Of a DNA stretch of 64,000 bases, positions 11,329 through 23,445 are shown piece after piece; within the stretch, counting starts at the first letter, position 1, and every line of letters begins with the position of its first letter. A program made the position numbers and the translations under genes. The stretch is from Octopus sinensis (lineage: Eukaryota): positions 8,804,001 through 8,868,000 of the forward strand of contig NC_043005.1 in the NCBI RefSeq assembly GCF_006345805.1, written 5' to 3'. The notes below the pieces were generated by a model. That model was not told the origin of the DNA and ran no database searches. It saw only the letters and a list, made by a program, of their open reading frames with translations.

Positions 11329-14300
11329 TATATATATATATATATATATGTACATATGCCTGAATATGTCAATTTATGTATATGTATTATGTATATTATA
11401 CGTCGATCACCACTTATGCATATATAGATTTACTTCTTTCTTGCTTTAAAATACACATAGGCGTTCAAAATCGCACATATTGTTGAAGTGGGGTATAGCT
11501 GAATGTTAAAACAGAACTGCCTCGAAGCGGGTGTTTCAAGTAATTAAGAGATAATATTATCATGACTAGAACATAGTGTGGTCATTTTCCGTGACGCAAA
11601 TATATCATGCATTTATTTTGATTCTTTCACTCCTGACCTATATTACTGGAACCGTAGAAGAACTTAAATTTTAGGAGTTCAAATAGACAGCAGTACTTGA
11701 TTATACTTATTTTAGAGATTGGTATTTGTTGAAGCGGAACAAACAAACCAGGTAACATACACGTACACGTAAGCTGGCAGATACATACGCACTCACATGT
11801 TTGAGATGAAATATAACCTTCGAGTTTCTAATCATCGATCTTCGTAGAGTGTTTGAGGATGAAGCAGGCAAACATTAATGTGAATATTCAACATACAAAG
11901 CACCCACCCACAAACCATTATGATTGGTGTCAGGTGCAAGAATAAAAAGAAAATCTTTTATTATCTAATGCCAATAGGTTAAAGGTATGCGTTTACGATA
12001 CTCAAAAAAGGCACTCATAAAAATATTTTGAGAACTTTAGAATATTGAAGAGCCTACGAGATAGATATAATGTATAGTAAATCAATAAGGGAAAGAGAGA
12101 AAAGAAGAAAGTGAGAAATAGAGAAGATATATCGTTCAATGCTGACGTACTCGGAATTCCATTCACACATAAACTTATAAAAAATGGCAACAGTTTGTAA
12201 CGTGTGAGAGAGAGAGAGAGAGTGAAAGAGAAAGAGAGAGTGAGATAGAAAGATAGGTAAAGAGAGAATGTGTGTGTGTGTGTATATGTGTGTGAGGTGG
12301 TGGAAGCACAGGAGAGTGTAAAGAATAAAGTAGTGGCAGTAACATTGCATTGAAATTAAAATTTCTATATTAGATGTGTCATTTTATAACAACACAGCAA
12401 ATATTTTTCTCTGTACAAACAAATGCAGACAAAATCCAGTCCTGCAATCAAGCAGTAATTATCTCGACATATTATTAGTATATTTCCTGGAAGTTGGGGT
12501 GGGGAACTAAGAGAAGCGTTAGCTTGTCATGGGTGAAAAACCTTGCAGCGATACATTCAGTTTTTATATCCTGTCTTCAATTCCTAGTGAGGCCATCTTT
12601 TAATTTCAGCGCATCGAAGTTGAAAAAAGCAAGTACCAGTCAAATAGTGGGCTCAGTTTCGAAGACACACTCTTTCTTTACAAAAAAGTCCTGACTTTGT
12701 GCTTTTCCCTAACACAAAGATAAAAAGTAGCATTATTTCTATAACTACTGTATATGTTCAAAAGTGTTTTGATAAGTTTCTATCAATGCCTAAATTTATT
12801 TGGAGAAAACCATTAACGAGTCCTGTATGGGTTTGTGAGCGATTGTCTATGTCATTAATACAGCGTTTTAAAATTCATTTGCTGATACTCCAGTGTAGCA
12901 TGTTGGTCCAGAATTACCATTCATGTTTCCATTAACAAAGTATATTAAAGCACTAGCAGCGTAATTTCAGTTGAGCGAGCAGTTGTTGTTTATACAAGTA
13001 CAAGCACATGAATTTAACAAAGATGAGAAATAGTTTTCGAATGTAAGGAACTTGAATAAAGTTTCTTACTCAATTTCAGTACGCAATGTGCTCGAACACG
13101 AAAACATATGATTGTAAAGTGAACCTGTTAAATGCATATTCCTTCCCAGGGTCAATTTAAGACAGACATATCTCAAGTTCTATAGATTTATAATGTTTTA
13201 ACAGTAGATTAAAAAATTATCATCCCATCGGAAAAGGTGTCAGTATACCATGAGTAACATTCCAATCTCAGCCGTTAGTTGTGTCTGATATTCAGGGAAA
13301 CTGAAATCATGTGGAATAAAGTTCTTTTCTGTAACTTATACGAAACACTTTGAGTGAATTCAAAATGAAGATGAATTGTGTTCCATCTCCTTCACAAATA
13401 GTCGCTGCAAAATCCCCTTCCACCAGTACTATCCCTATTTCTAAAATGATTTCTTCCGAAGCTTGATTAAGTATGGTCCTAATATAATCTTAGTGGGTTC
13501 CCTCTGTTCCAGGTTTTCGTAGAGATCCAGTTGTTTCTCTAATCACTCAAGTAAGTTTTCTTTTTTCTCAGTCATAATCTTTTAAATATTAGTAAGCAAT
13601 CTTTCAGGTTTAACCGCAGATATTTAATGAATTCGAACGGCCAGGCAAATTCATCGTCACTTCTCTTCTCTTGCTAACACAAATATAACGAAATTTCTCG
13701 GCTGCTTCTCAGTTATGTAAAAATACTTCCGATATTATAATACTTATTATAATACCCTGCTCTCAACAAATTCAGTTTGCTTTATACTCGGTGGTTACAA
13801 CCAATTGAAGATACATAAACCTTTTTACTTACATAAAGGATTTTAGCGTTATCGTAAAAACTGGGATGCCCTGTATTTATGCGATTTCACCACACCTTTC
13901 GTAATATAAGAAACTTTGACCCATTTACAAATCCAACGATCTCTACTTCTATTAAACATAGTATTCTAGGAATAATTTATTGTTACAAAGAGTAGGCATG
14001 GTTTACATAGTATACTTTATAATTAAGGATAGCCGAATATATTTGTGTGATATATATTCAATCATCTACGATATGAAGAAAAAGGATAGCCGATTGCCGG
14101 AGATTCGGATCGGAATGTGCATATTTAAATACCCTAAAGCATTAGGACTGATTTTGGTCGTTTCGGTTTTGGCCTTCACTGCTTTGTTAAAGAATTAAGT
14201 TGCATATTTGATCCATTGAAGTTGTAAGTATCGACCTTTTAGCAAAAGAAAAAAACCAACCAAAATAACAAAAATAACTTTAGAATTTAAATGGTGAGTC

Positions 14301-14790
14301 TTATATCCACATATAAAAGTAGACTGCAGGGAGCAACGTCATAATTGCATCCTTTCAACATGTTAAACCTATTTCGAGACAGGCCATACACAATGTGCTG
14401 CTACGACACTTCAATATCTGTTCGTCTTTCTCGCTTAAACTGTTTCTGTCACTTTATTTCAAGTTCTTTATCTCTTACCGTCAAATACAATATATTCAAA
14501 TATTTTAGGTCCCCTCTGGGATCTTATGCCTCTTCGAATTTTCTGTCTAACATATTCCGCCACTTCAATTTCTCTATCGTTTTCATTCCATACAATATTC
14601 CAGAAATCTATCTTCCACCGATTTTATATGCATCCCTCGGTGGTGTACACAACTGCATAATGTATTTAAGAGAAACATATTTACCTTGCTCATGATCTCT
14701 TTTTTCATTTCGTATGCATGTATGTGTGTGTGTATGTATGTATATATGCATACACACACACACACATATATATATAAATATATATATATA

Positions 14791-15175
14791 CTAGCAGTAT
14801 CACCCGGCATTGCTCAGGTTTGTAAGGGAAATAACTATATAAGCATTTTTAGAGATGTAAAGTATAATAGCCATCTCAATATGGCTAACCAAAAAGGGGG
14901 GGGTGTTACTGTAGCTTTTTACGTTCTGAGATTTAATAATAAATTTTTAGAGAGTTACTTCCCTTGTATAAACCGAGCGAAAATGCATTAAGAATACGGA
15001 AAAATTATGGTAATTTTTTTTTTAAATCGTAGACTCATCGTAGACGCGCGCTAATACCCAGAAGGGCTCGATATGAATCACGACTATAAGATACCCGCTT
15101 TTGGTTACACTGCACCGCAAAATGGGGGAGTAGTTTGGAATCTAAATCGTAGGAGACAGACAGCACACAACCTCA

Positions 15176-15212
<37 letters not shown>
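14791..15212 (-). mobile_element. Non-autonomous Helitron-like element
   Basis: On the minus strand it ends in a subterminal hairpin CCTGAGCAATGCCGGG followed by ...CTGCTAG|T; 5' end TC-(TA)n-AAAAGTGAGG; homologous to 39021-39421. Confidence 0.7.
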
Positions 15213-15299
15213 ACAAGAATAAATCTGAAACGACAAACGAATATACAGGGCGTGTGTTTTTTTTGGCAGTGATAAGACAACAAAGAAGGAAATATTTCC

Positions 15300-15899
15300 T
15301 TGATACCCTTTTTGCTGGTTCTGGGTGATTTCAGAATTCATCCATCTATTCGCGTGCTTAATGCTGCCCCCTTGGAAATATGTATATGAGATGTTTCATC
15401 ATGACTCGTGTGGATTTCCAGTTCACGCATTGACTCTGACTCTGGAAATGCTCTACCACTGGGTCCTGTGTATTCCGATTGTAGTTCGCTCGATGGCCGA
15501 TAGGGGAGTACTTGAAACTTCTCAGCATTGAACAGCATGTTATTTTCATATTGATTCCAATTCTTTCTGCAGTCTTACGATGTTCACAGAGTTCTTGCCT
15601 GCCTGTGATACCCTTGTACCAACAGCATAGCTGCGGGGAGTGGTTGCCTGTATAGCTGAAGGCATATCTGTGCGAGTTACCAAAGACAGTAGTGGACCCA
15701 GTACAATTCCCTAAAGGAAACCGTTCAGAGTTGATATCTCCCAAGAGAAAGCATTATTGACTGCAAATATCTGACTTCTGCCTTTTAAAACGTAATGCAG
15801 CTACTCTCCTAATTTTCCACCAACACCGAGATTACGTAGCTTATCGAAGGCTTTGTCAGAGTCGAGATGTATCTCATCCACATTTGAGTGGTTGAGCTG
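15300..15899 (-). mobile_element. Decayed CR1/L2/Jockey-group LINE reverse transcriptase fragment
   Basis: Minus strand reads VDEIHLDSDKAFDK..LGVGGKLGE*L..VLKGRSQ....GIVLGPLL..DMP..SYA..RLQKEL..MLFNAEKFQVL, i.e. the D.SKAFD / QGSVLGPLLF / YADD / FN..K motif order with stops. Confidence 0.8.
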
Positions 15900-16093
15900 T
15901 ATGTATGTGCATATGAGTGGGTGTATGTGCGTGTGCACGCGTGTGTGTGTGTGTGAGTTCGTGCACGTACTTAATGATATTTAGATTGCACGGCACATAA
16001 CCGTTGTTTGTAATCCTATTTTCATCCGTATACATCGAAATAGAAAGCTTTCAAGACAGCTTGTGTATCAGGGCGAGAATTCCTTGTCCACTA

Positions 16094-16480
16094 TGGATGG
16101 AAGCACTCTGTCGGTTACGACGATGAGGGTTCCGGTTGATCCGACCAATGGAACAGCCTGCTCGTGAAATTAACGTGTAAGTGGCTGAGCACTCCACAGA
16201 CACGTGCACCCTTAACGTAGTTCTCGGGGATATTCAGCGTGACACAGAGAGTGACAAGGCCGGCCCTTTGAAATACAGGTACAACAGAAACAGGAAGAAA
16301 GAGAGAGAGAAAGTTGTGGTGAAAGAGTACAGCAGGGATCACCACCATCCCCTGCCGGAGCCTCGTGGAGCTTTAGGTGTTTTCGCTCAATAAACACTCA
16401 CAACGCCCGGTCTGGGAATCGAAACCGTGATCCTACGACCGCGAGTCCGCTGCCCTAACCACTGGGCCATTGCGCCTCCA
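16094..16480 (-). mobile_element. tRNA-derived SINE family C, full length with 12-bp TSD
   Basis: Head GTGGAGGCGCAATGGCCCAGTGGTTAGG..GGTTTCGATTCCC; TSD CCTTGTCCACTA at 16082-16093 and 16481-16492. Confidence 0.92.
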
Positions 16481-16652
16481 CCTTGTCCACTAAGCTACAT
16501 ATTTAAACGATCACAGAGCACAGAGCAAAAACAAAACTGGAAACTTGGGTCTGAAAATACTTAATAGCGTAATCATATAATTTCATAACCAAATCACCAA
16601 CTTCGTTATAGATGTGCGGGTGTGTTACATATATACATAAAATACGTGTTCG

Positions 16653-16709
<57 letters not shown>

Positions 16710-16728
16710 TATATATACACACACACAA

Positions 16729-16802
<74 letters not shown>

Positions 16803-16814
16803 ATATATGTATAT

Positions 16815-17120
16815 GTGGAGGCGCAATGGCCTAGTGGTTAGGGCAGCGGACTCGCGGTCGCAGGATCGCGGTTTTGATTCCCAGACCGGGCGTTGTGTGT
16901 GTTTATTGAGCGAAAACACCTAAAAGCTCGACGAGGCTCCGGCAGGGTGTGGTGATCCCTGCTGTACTCTTTCACCACTCTTTCTCCCATTCTTTCTTCT
17001 GTTGGCCTGCTCGCTTAGCCAGCGGGGTGGCGTCATTCGAACTCTAAAACAATGTGAACACATTGTGACCAGCAATCTGTAACAACATCTGATGGTCTGG
17101 TCGGTCACGTGATCACGTGA
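16815..17120 (+). mobile_element. SINE family D (family-C head, different 3' half)
   Basis: First ~170 bp match family C, remainder matches ~63610-63735. Confidence 0.85.
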
Positions 17121-17301
17121 TATATATGTATATATATATATATTGATAAAGATGGTAAGACTACAAAAGAAAGAAAGAGACCTCGATATTATGTAAATAG
17201 AGGAATTTATCTGTAAATGTATTATGAGACAATTATAAATACCTCGGCATCCGAAGCTTGGAGTTTTATCATGGCTACCGAATAAGTGTCTCATATTACA
17301 T

Positions 17302-17381
<80 letters not shown>

Positions 17382-17941
17382 CATACAAACATACATACAT
17401 ACATCATGCATACATACATAAATACATACATACATATATATATATGTGTGTGTATGTATATATGTATGTGTCTTGCAGTTTATCCATATACTTAACTACA
17501 CTTTCGTCAAGTCATTTGTTACTGTAGAAGTCAGGAAGTTCTCTCTCTCTGTACATTGGTTTGTACGTCTGATTATTCATCTTCAACTTGATGTTTTTGT
17601 TTCTCTAACTCTCTAATGTATATCGATAAATGTTTCTTATTTTATCGTTCATATTTCTATAATTCTCCCGTTCCGCACTTTCGTATCTTTCTGCAAGATC
17701 TTCAAACTATTTCTCTCTCACCCTTACATTCTGTACTTTATATTTGTTTTATCTTCTGCATACGTTTCTTCTCGTTAATGCTTTGAGTGCGATGTTTTGT
17801 TCCTCTTTTGGACAGACGTTTTCTATTCCCCATTCTTACTTTCTATTCCCTTCTCCTTTTGTATGTCTTACAAACATTCGCTCGGTTCAACATTGCTTCT
17901 TCTCTTTCCTCTTTTGTATATATTGTTATCATGTTTACCTT

Positions 17942-18313
17942 GTGGAGGCGCAATGGCCCAGTGGTTAGGGCAGCGGACTCGCGGTCATAGGATCGCGGTT
18001 TCGATTCCCAGACTGGGCGTTGTGAGTGTTTATTGAGCGAAAACACCTAAAGCTCCACGAGGCTCCGGCAGGGGATGGTGGTGATCCCTGCTGTACTCTT
18101 TCTCTCACTCTTACTTCCTGTTTCTGTTGTACCTGTATTTCAAAGGGCCGGCCTTGTCACTCTCTGTGTCACGCTGAATATCCCCGAGAACTACGTTAAG
18201 GGTACACGTGTCTGTGGAGTACTCAGCCACTTACACGTTAATTTCATGAGCAGGCTGTTCCGTTGATTCGGATCAACTGGAACCCTCGTCGTCGTAACCG
18301 ACGGAGTGCTTCC
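17942..18313 (+). mobile_element. SINE family C with 14-bp TSD
   Basis: TSD ATCATGTTTACCTT at 17928-17941 and 18314-18327. Confidence 0.92.
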
Positions 18314-18508
18314 ATCATGTTTACCTTATATTTTCTCATTTACATTACAATCTTAATATTGTCTCAAATTTCTTCATTATAAATGATTACTTTTACAGTT
18401 CAACATACCTAATAATTGAATCTTATCTTTCTTACTCAACTCCCTTATTTTGACTGCTTCTTTCTCCTTCTGTTTACAAATACCCCAACACTCACAAACA
18501 CACAGTTG

Positions 18509-18542
<34 letters not shown>

Positions 18543-18774
18543 CGCACACAAACACACTCATGTATTACATTATACATGTATGATGTGCGTGTATGTATGA
18601 CTGTTACAGTAATGGATCCTTATTCCAGATAGAGAAGACAGAATTTTGCTGTCCTGGTTCGATGGTTGGTACAGCTTTCTATTCCAAAATTCGCAACTAA
18701 ACCTTCCGTACATTATTTATATTATTTACATTATTTACATTTGACCGATATTTGTCCTCATCTTGTTTGTTGTT

Positions 18775-18825
18775 AACACAACGTTTCGGCTGATATACAC
18801 CCCCGCCCAGCCTTCATCAGGTGTC
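18775..18825 (-). ncRNA. Minimal type I hammerhead ribozyme motif (Penelope-type)
   Basis: Minus strand GACAC-CTGATGA-A-GGCTG..CAGCC-GAAAC-GT-T-GTGTT: 5-bp stem I, 5-bp stem II, palindromic ACGT stem III. Confidence 0.7.
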
Positions 18826-18884
18826 TTAGGGAAATTTCGAACCTTTGTTCTCATTCCTAAGGTATTTTTCGATGTTGTTGTTGA

Positions 18885-18932
<48 letters not shown>

Positions 18933-18973
18933 CATTATTATCATTATTATTATTATTATTGTTATTATTATTA

Positions 18974-19025
<52 letters not shown>

Positions 19026-19038
19026 CATTATTATTATT

Positions 19039-19360
19039 GTGAAGGCACATGGCTCAGTGGTTAGGGCGTTGAGCTTACGATCGTGTGGTTGTGAGCTGGA
19101 ATCCCGGACCGGGCTGCGTGTTGTGTCCTTGAGCAAGGCACTTTATTTCATGTTGCTCCAGATCACGCAGCTGTAGAAATGAGTAGCGACGTCATAGGTG
19201 GCAAGCTATAATGGCCTTTGCCTTTCTCTTGGATAACATCAGTAGTGTGGAGAGGGGTGGCTGGTACGCACGGGCGACTGCTGGCCTTCCATAAAAAACT
19301 TTGCCCGGTCTAGTGTCTGGAAGGGTAAATTTCTAGGTGCAATTCCATAGTCAGTTATGA
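19039..19360 (+). mobile_element. tRNA-derived SINE family E
   Basis: A box TGGCTCAGTGG, B-box-like GAGCTGGAATCCC, CORE-like GTCCTTGAGCAAGGCACTT segment; embedded in (ATT)n. Confidence 0.7.
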
Positions 19361-19420
19361 CCGAGGAGGGTCTCAGAAATATTATTATTATTATTATCAT
19401 TTTCATTATCATCATCATTG

Positions 19421-19493
<73 letters not shown>

Positions 19494-19496
19494 CAT

Positions 19497-19754
19497 GGTT
19501 TTTCCTTCTTTCTTCAAATTTTCTTCCGTTTCTCGCCGAGTGTTTTCCATACACCTAGGGCAGAGAAGAGCATTGTATGCATTCCCAGATTACACGCGCA
19601 AATTCACAGATAAAATATGTATTTAAAAATTAATAAATAAATAAATTCATGGATGGATGTTATTTTCACAGCGATAGTGCTATTCTCAGTACATGAGCCG
19701 TTCCAGTTAATACGATTTTTTGCACTTCTTGTAGGGATGGTAAGCCTGGAATCT
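19497..19754 (-). mobile_element. R4/Dong family A-like 3' fragment
   Basis: Minus strand reads IPGLPSLQEVQKIVLTGTAHVLRIALSL* plus a diverged 3' UTR; flanked by (ATT)n on both sides. Confidence 0.85.
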
Positions 19755-19764
19755 ATTATTATTA

Positions 19765-19799
<35 letters not shown>

Positions 19800-20671
19800 G
19801 TTATTATTATTATTATTATTATCATCATCATCATCATCTTCATTATTATTATTATTATCAGTCAAATGTAAGTAATGTAAATAATGCACATAATTCCTCA
19901 TCTCTTAGATATAGAACTGTATAAACCTTCCATAACCTTCCATATGTACATATTAGTATATCGTTCATTTTTTTCTTTCTAGGGCGTAGAGCCTCAGTTC
20001 CTTTAACCTCCTCTAGTTGCTTCTCTGCTGCACAGACTCGATCTTTTTAGTGTCGTGGCGCTGGACTGCCTCCAATTCCGCCATCATTTTGTCACTCTGC
20101 AATGACCACATCGTACATTCACTCTATGGTGTTTATTTGTTCGAAGAGAGCTGTTTGAAGAATGCGTATAATAAAATGCAGTAAATCTGCTACCCGTGAA
20201 ATTAAAAGATATGTTCACATATATAAATATACATTTATCTTTATAAATGTTTCAATCAAAAGCCAGCGGCCCTGCTGGGGCACAACCTACAAAAATTTCT
20301 TTTTTCAGTTGAATGAATCAACTCTAAAACTTATTTTTTAAAAGCCTGTTACTTATTCTATCGGTCTCTTTTACTGAACTCCGAGTTTATGGGGATGTAA
20401 GCACACCAACACAGGTTGTCAAGCGGTGGAGGGGGACAAATACAGACATAAACACACACGCGCATACATGTATACACACATGATGGGTGTCGCAGCTTCC
20501 CTTCAAGAAATTCACGCACAAGACTGTGTTAGAACTCGCGGGTATGGTATGTATGTATGTATGTCTGAATGTAACTATGTACATATGTATATATATATAT
20601 ATATATATAATATATATATTATTGGTGAATTGAAGAAATGGAGCTGAACGCAGATTGAACAGAAATCGTTT

Positions 20672-20765
20672 TATTTCATTCTACACGTGTTTCGAAAGGC
20701 ACAAATTACCAAAATCCGATTGAATAATGGGACCATATTGTGTCTTTCTCTTCAGGAAGAAAATA
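20672..20765 (-). ncRNA. Type I hammerhead ribozyme motif (left arm of palindrome)
   Basis: Exact reverse complement of 21645-21738. Confidence 0.72.
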
Positions 20766-21644
20766 GGAAATCCGTTGGAAAAACAAAAACAGACAGAGGC
20801 GGAGCAAAAACAAATCGAACTATGCTCCTAAGAGCCCATGGCGAAACTGTTTATCAGTGTATGTTGAGAACCGGTGGCTGAAGAATTTAACGGGTCAGGC
20901 ACCGGTCAATCATGTGGGTGAGGGTGTGTGGGTGTTCTTTGTGACCGAGAATAAAGTTCTGACTATTTAAGGAATATTGGATGTTTTATAAGGGGCGAGA
21001 AAAAATCTACTTAGAGACGTGTGTGTGTATACTGTTCTATATATGTGTGTGTTGGCGTAGGGGTAGAAAACATTTTTTGTGTACGTGTGTGCGTTTGATC
21101 GTTCGGCTGTCAGTGGCTACTGCCGTGATAACCGTTGGTGGCAGAAAGAAAAAAAATATATATATATTATGTTTTATGTGGTGTGTGTTCATCTAAGCCT
21201 GCCTTGACAAGGCAGGCTTAGATGAACACACACACACATAAAACATAATATATATTTTTTTCTGCCACCCAACGGTTCTCGCGGCAGTAGCCACTGACAG
21301 CCGAACGATCAAACGCACACACGTACACCAAAAATGTTTTCTACCCCTACGCCAACACACACATATATAGAACAGTATACACACACACACGTCTCTAAGT
21401 AGATTTTTTCTCGCCCCTTATAAAACATCCAATATTCCTTAAATAGTCAGAACTTTATTCTCGGTCACAAAGAACACCCACACACCCTCACCCACATGAT
21501 TGACCGATGCCTGACCCGTTAAATTCTTCAGCCACCGGTTCTCAACATACACTGATAAGCAGTTTCGCCATGGGCTCTTAGGAGCATAGTTCGATTTGTT
21601 TTTGCTCCACCTCTGTTCTGTTTTTGTTTTTCCAACGGATTTCC

Positions 21645-21738
21645 TATTTTCTTCCTGAAGAGAAAGACACAATATGGTCCCATTATTCAATCGGATTTTG
21701 GTAATTTGTGCCTTTCGAAACACGTGTAGAATGAAATA
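21645..21738 (+). ncRNA. Type I hammerhead ribozyme motif (right arm of palindrome)
   Basis: TATTTTCTTC-CTGAAGA(21655-21661)-GAAAGACACAA..TTGTGCCTTTC-GAAA(21717-21720)-CACGT-GTA(21726-21728)-GAATGAAATA; followed by AATAAA. Confidence 0.72.
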
Positions 21739-21947
21739 AAACGATTTCTGTTCAATCTGCGTTCAGCTCCATTTCTTCAATTCACCAATAATGTTTTAAT
21801 TTCAATTATCCGCACCAACGCACGGTTGCAACACCATATGGTTGTACCTCCAACCGTGCTGTTTACTGCTGTGATTTTTGCTACTAAGGTATCGGTTAAA
21901 CTTTTGATTAATCTACTACAAGATTATTCATCTTTCTATTTCACATA

Positions 21948-22031
<84 letters not shown>

Positions 22032-23101
22032 AGTATAAACGGCGGTGCATCACATGGCCGCAGCTCTGAGCTGAAACGGCAGAGAAAAAAAAGTAGTACT
22101 CCCGTTCGATTAGTAAATGCACGGATCGCAAATTTAGCATAAATTCCAGAGTACTTTATAACACAATGAAGAATGGAGAATTGCACATCCTTAATTAACA
22201 GATTACAAGATATAACAATCCGACACCTGTTTCTGCTTTACCGTATCCTAGTGATAATCATAAAATGCAACCTTTGCCTGGAATCATTATCCAATATGCT
22301 TACCGACAAATCTAATTTATTGAACTGAAAAAATAAATTAATAACAAATTTTTTGCATATTTGTAGAAAATTTTTTAAATAATTTCCAAATGTTTAGTTT
22401 TACAATTGGTCAACTTAAATAAATGGTGGGCATATACATCCTCTGTCTAATATTCTCCAAGCGATTTCTAAGTAGTTTTAACCAGCTACTACTAGTTATT
22501 CTATACTACTGTTTTTTCCTGTTTCTTATTTTGTCTTAATATTTCTATTAAGCCTTTTGATATAAATATTTGTGAATTTTTTTTTTATTTTCAATTATTA
22601 ATTTTTTATTATGAGTATAACTCTTTATCCATTTACTAGCAACATTTACTTTACATTCTCGAATCTTCTAAATGCCTTATTATATGTCGAACGTATAAAT
22701 CTTTCACTTCGATTTACATAATGATATACAGCATCAGTGGTCAAAGACGTTAATTGTTCTGATGTAAATTAATTGCCGTTACTCTAGCTGAAATTTCAAT
22801 TATTTATTTTTTGAATGCCAAATGAAATTACTTTAAATGTAAATGCAACTAGAATTCTTAACATATCGTATTTGTATATCATATCCACATTTCTGTCACT
22901 TCCTTTCTTTATCTTCTCTTCTCTTGTCCTGTATTTTTCTTTTGCGGGGTCACTTACCTCTACTGCTAGAACATGTTTTCCTCGGGGAGAATGCATCCGA
23001 AAATGTATACTTGCAAATATCTTTAGTTCTTCATAATTCTAAGCATCGTAAAACGCTTGCACAACAAAATCACCTGCTTGCATCTTATTTGCTGTAAACC
23101 G

Positions 23102-23204
23102 TTAATTAAGGGTGTGTAAATCTCTAGCCTTCATTCTGTCCTAAATACATGCGTATATATAATATGTACATACATGCAAACGCGCGCACAGAAACAGACA
23201 ACCA

Positions 23205-23242
<38 letters not shown>

Positions 23243-23300
23243 TATGTGCATATATATATATATATATAATAATATATATATATATATATATATGCACATA

Positions 23301-23342
<42 letters not shown>

Positions 23343-23445
23343 TGGTTGTCTGTTTCTGTGCGCGCGTTTGCATGTATGTACATATTATATATACGCATGT
23401 ATTTAGGACAGAATGAAGGCTAGAGAGTTACACATCCTTAATTAA
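23102..23445. mobile_element. MITE/foldback-like palindrome with (TA)n core
   Basis: ~110-bp unique arms with only 2 mismatches (in outer 28 bp) around a TA-rich centre; TTAA|GG...CC|TTAA ends. Confidence 0.75.

Larger units (their letters stand above)
20618..21792. repeat. 1175-bp near-perfect palindrome (arms ~587 bp, 1-nt spacer at 21207), probably Penelope-like-element derived
   Basis: Centre GCCTTG-A-CAAGGC; arms differ by roughly ten substitutions or small indels; HHR motif in each arm. Confidence 0.93.

Noticed and set aside
16400-16480. tRNA-like sequences at SINE heads (also 55-130, 17942-18020, 19039-19110, 47849-47930)
   Set aside because: Continue into SINE bodies with TSDs and lack a clean acceptor stem; not tRNA genes
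17530-18480. Purine-rich minus-strand tract split by SINE C, vaguely GIY-YIG-like (CNVNEKI*GK..KR)
   Set aside because: Motif match requires several assumed frameshifts; too weak to call
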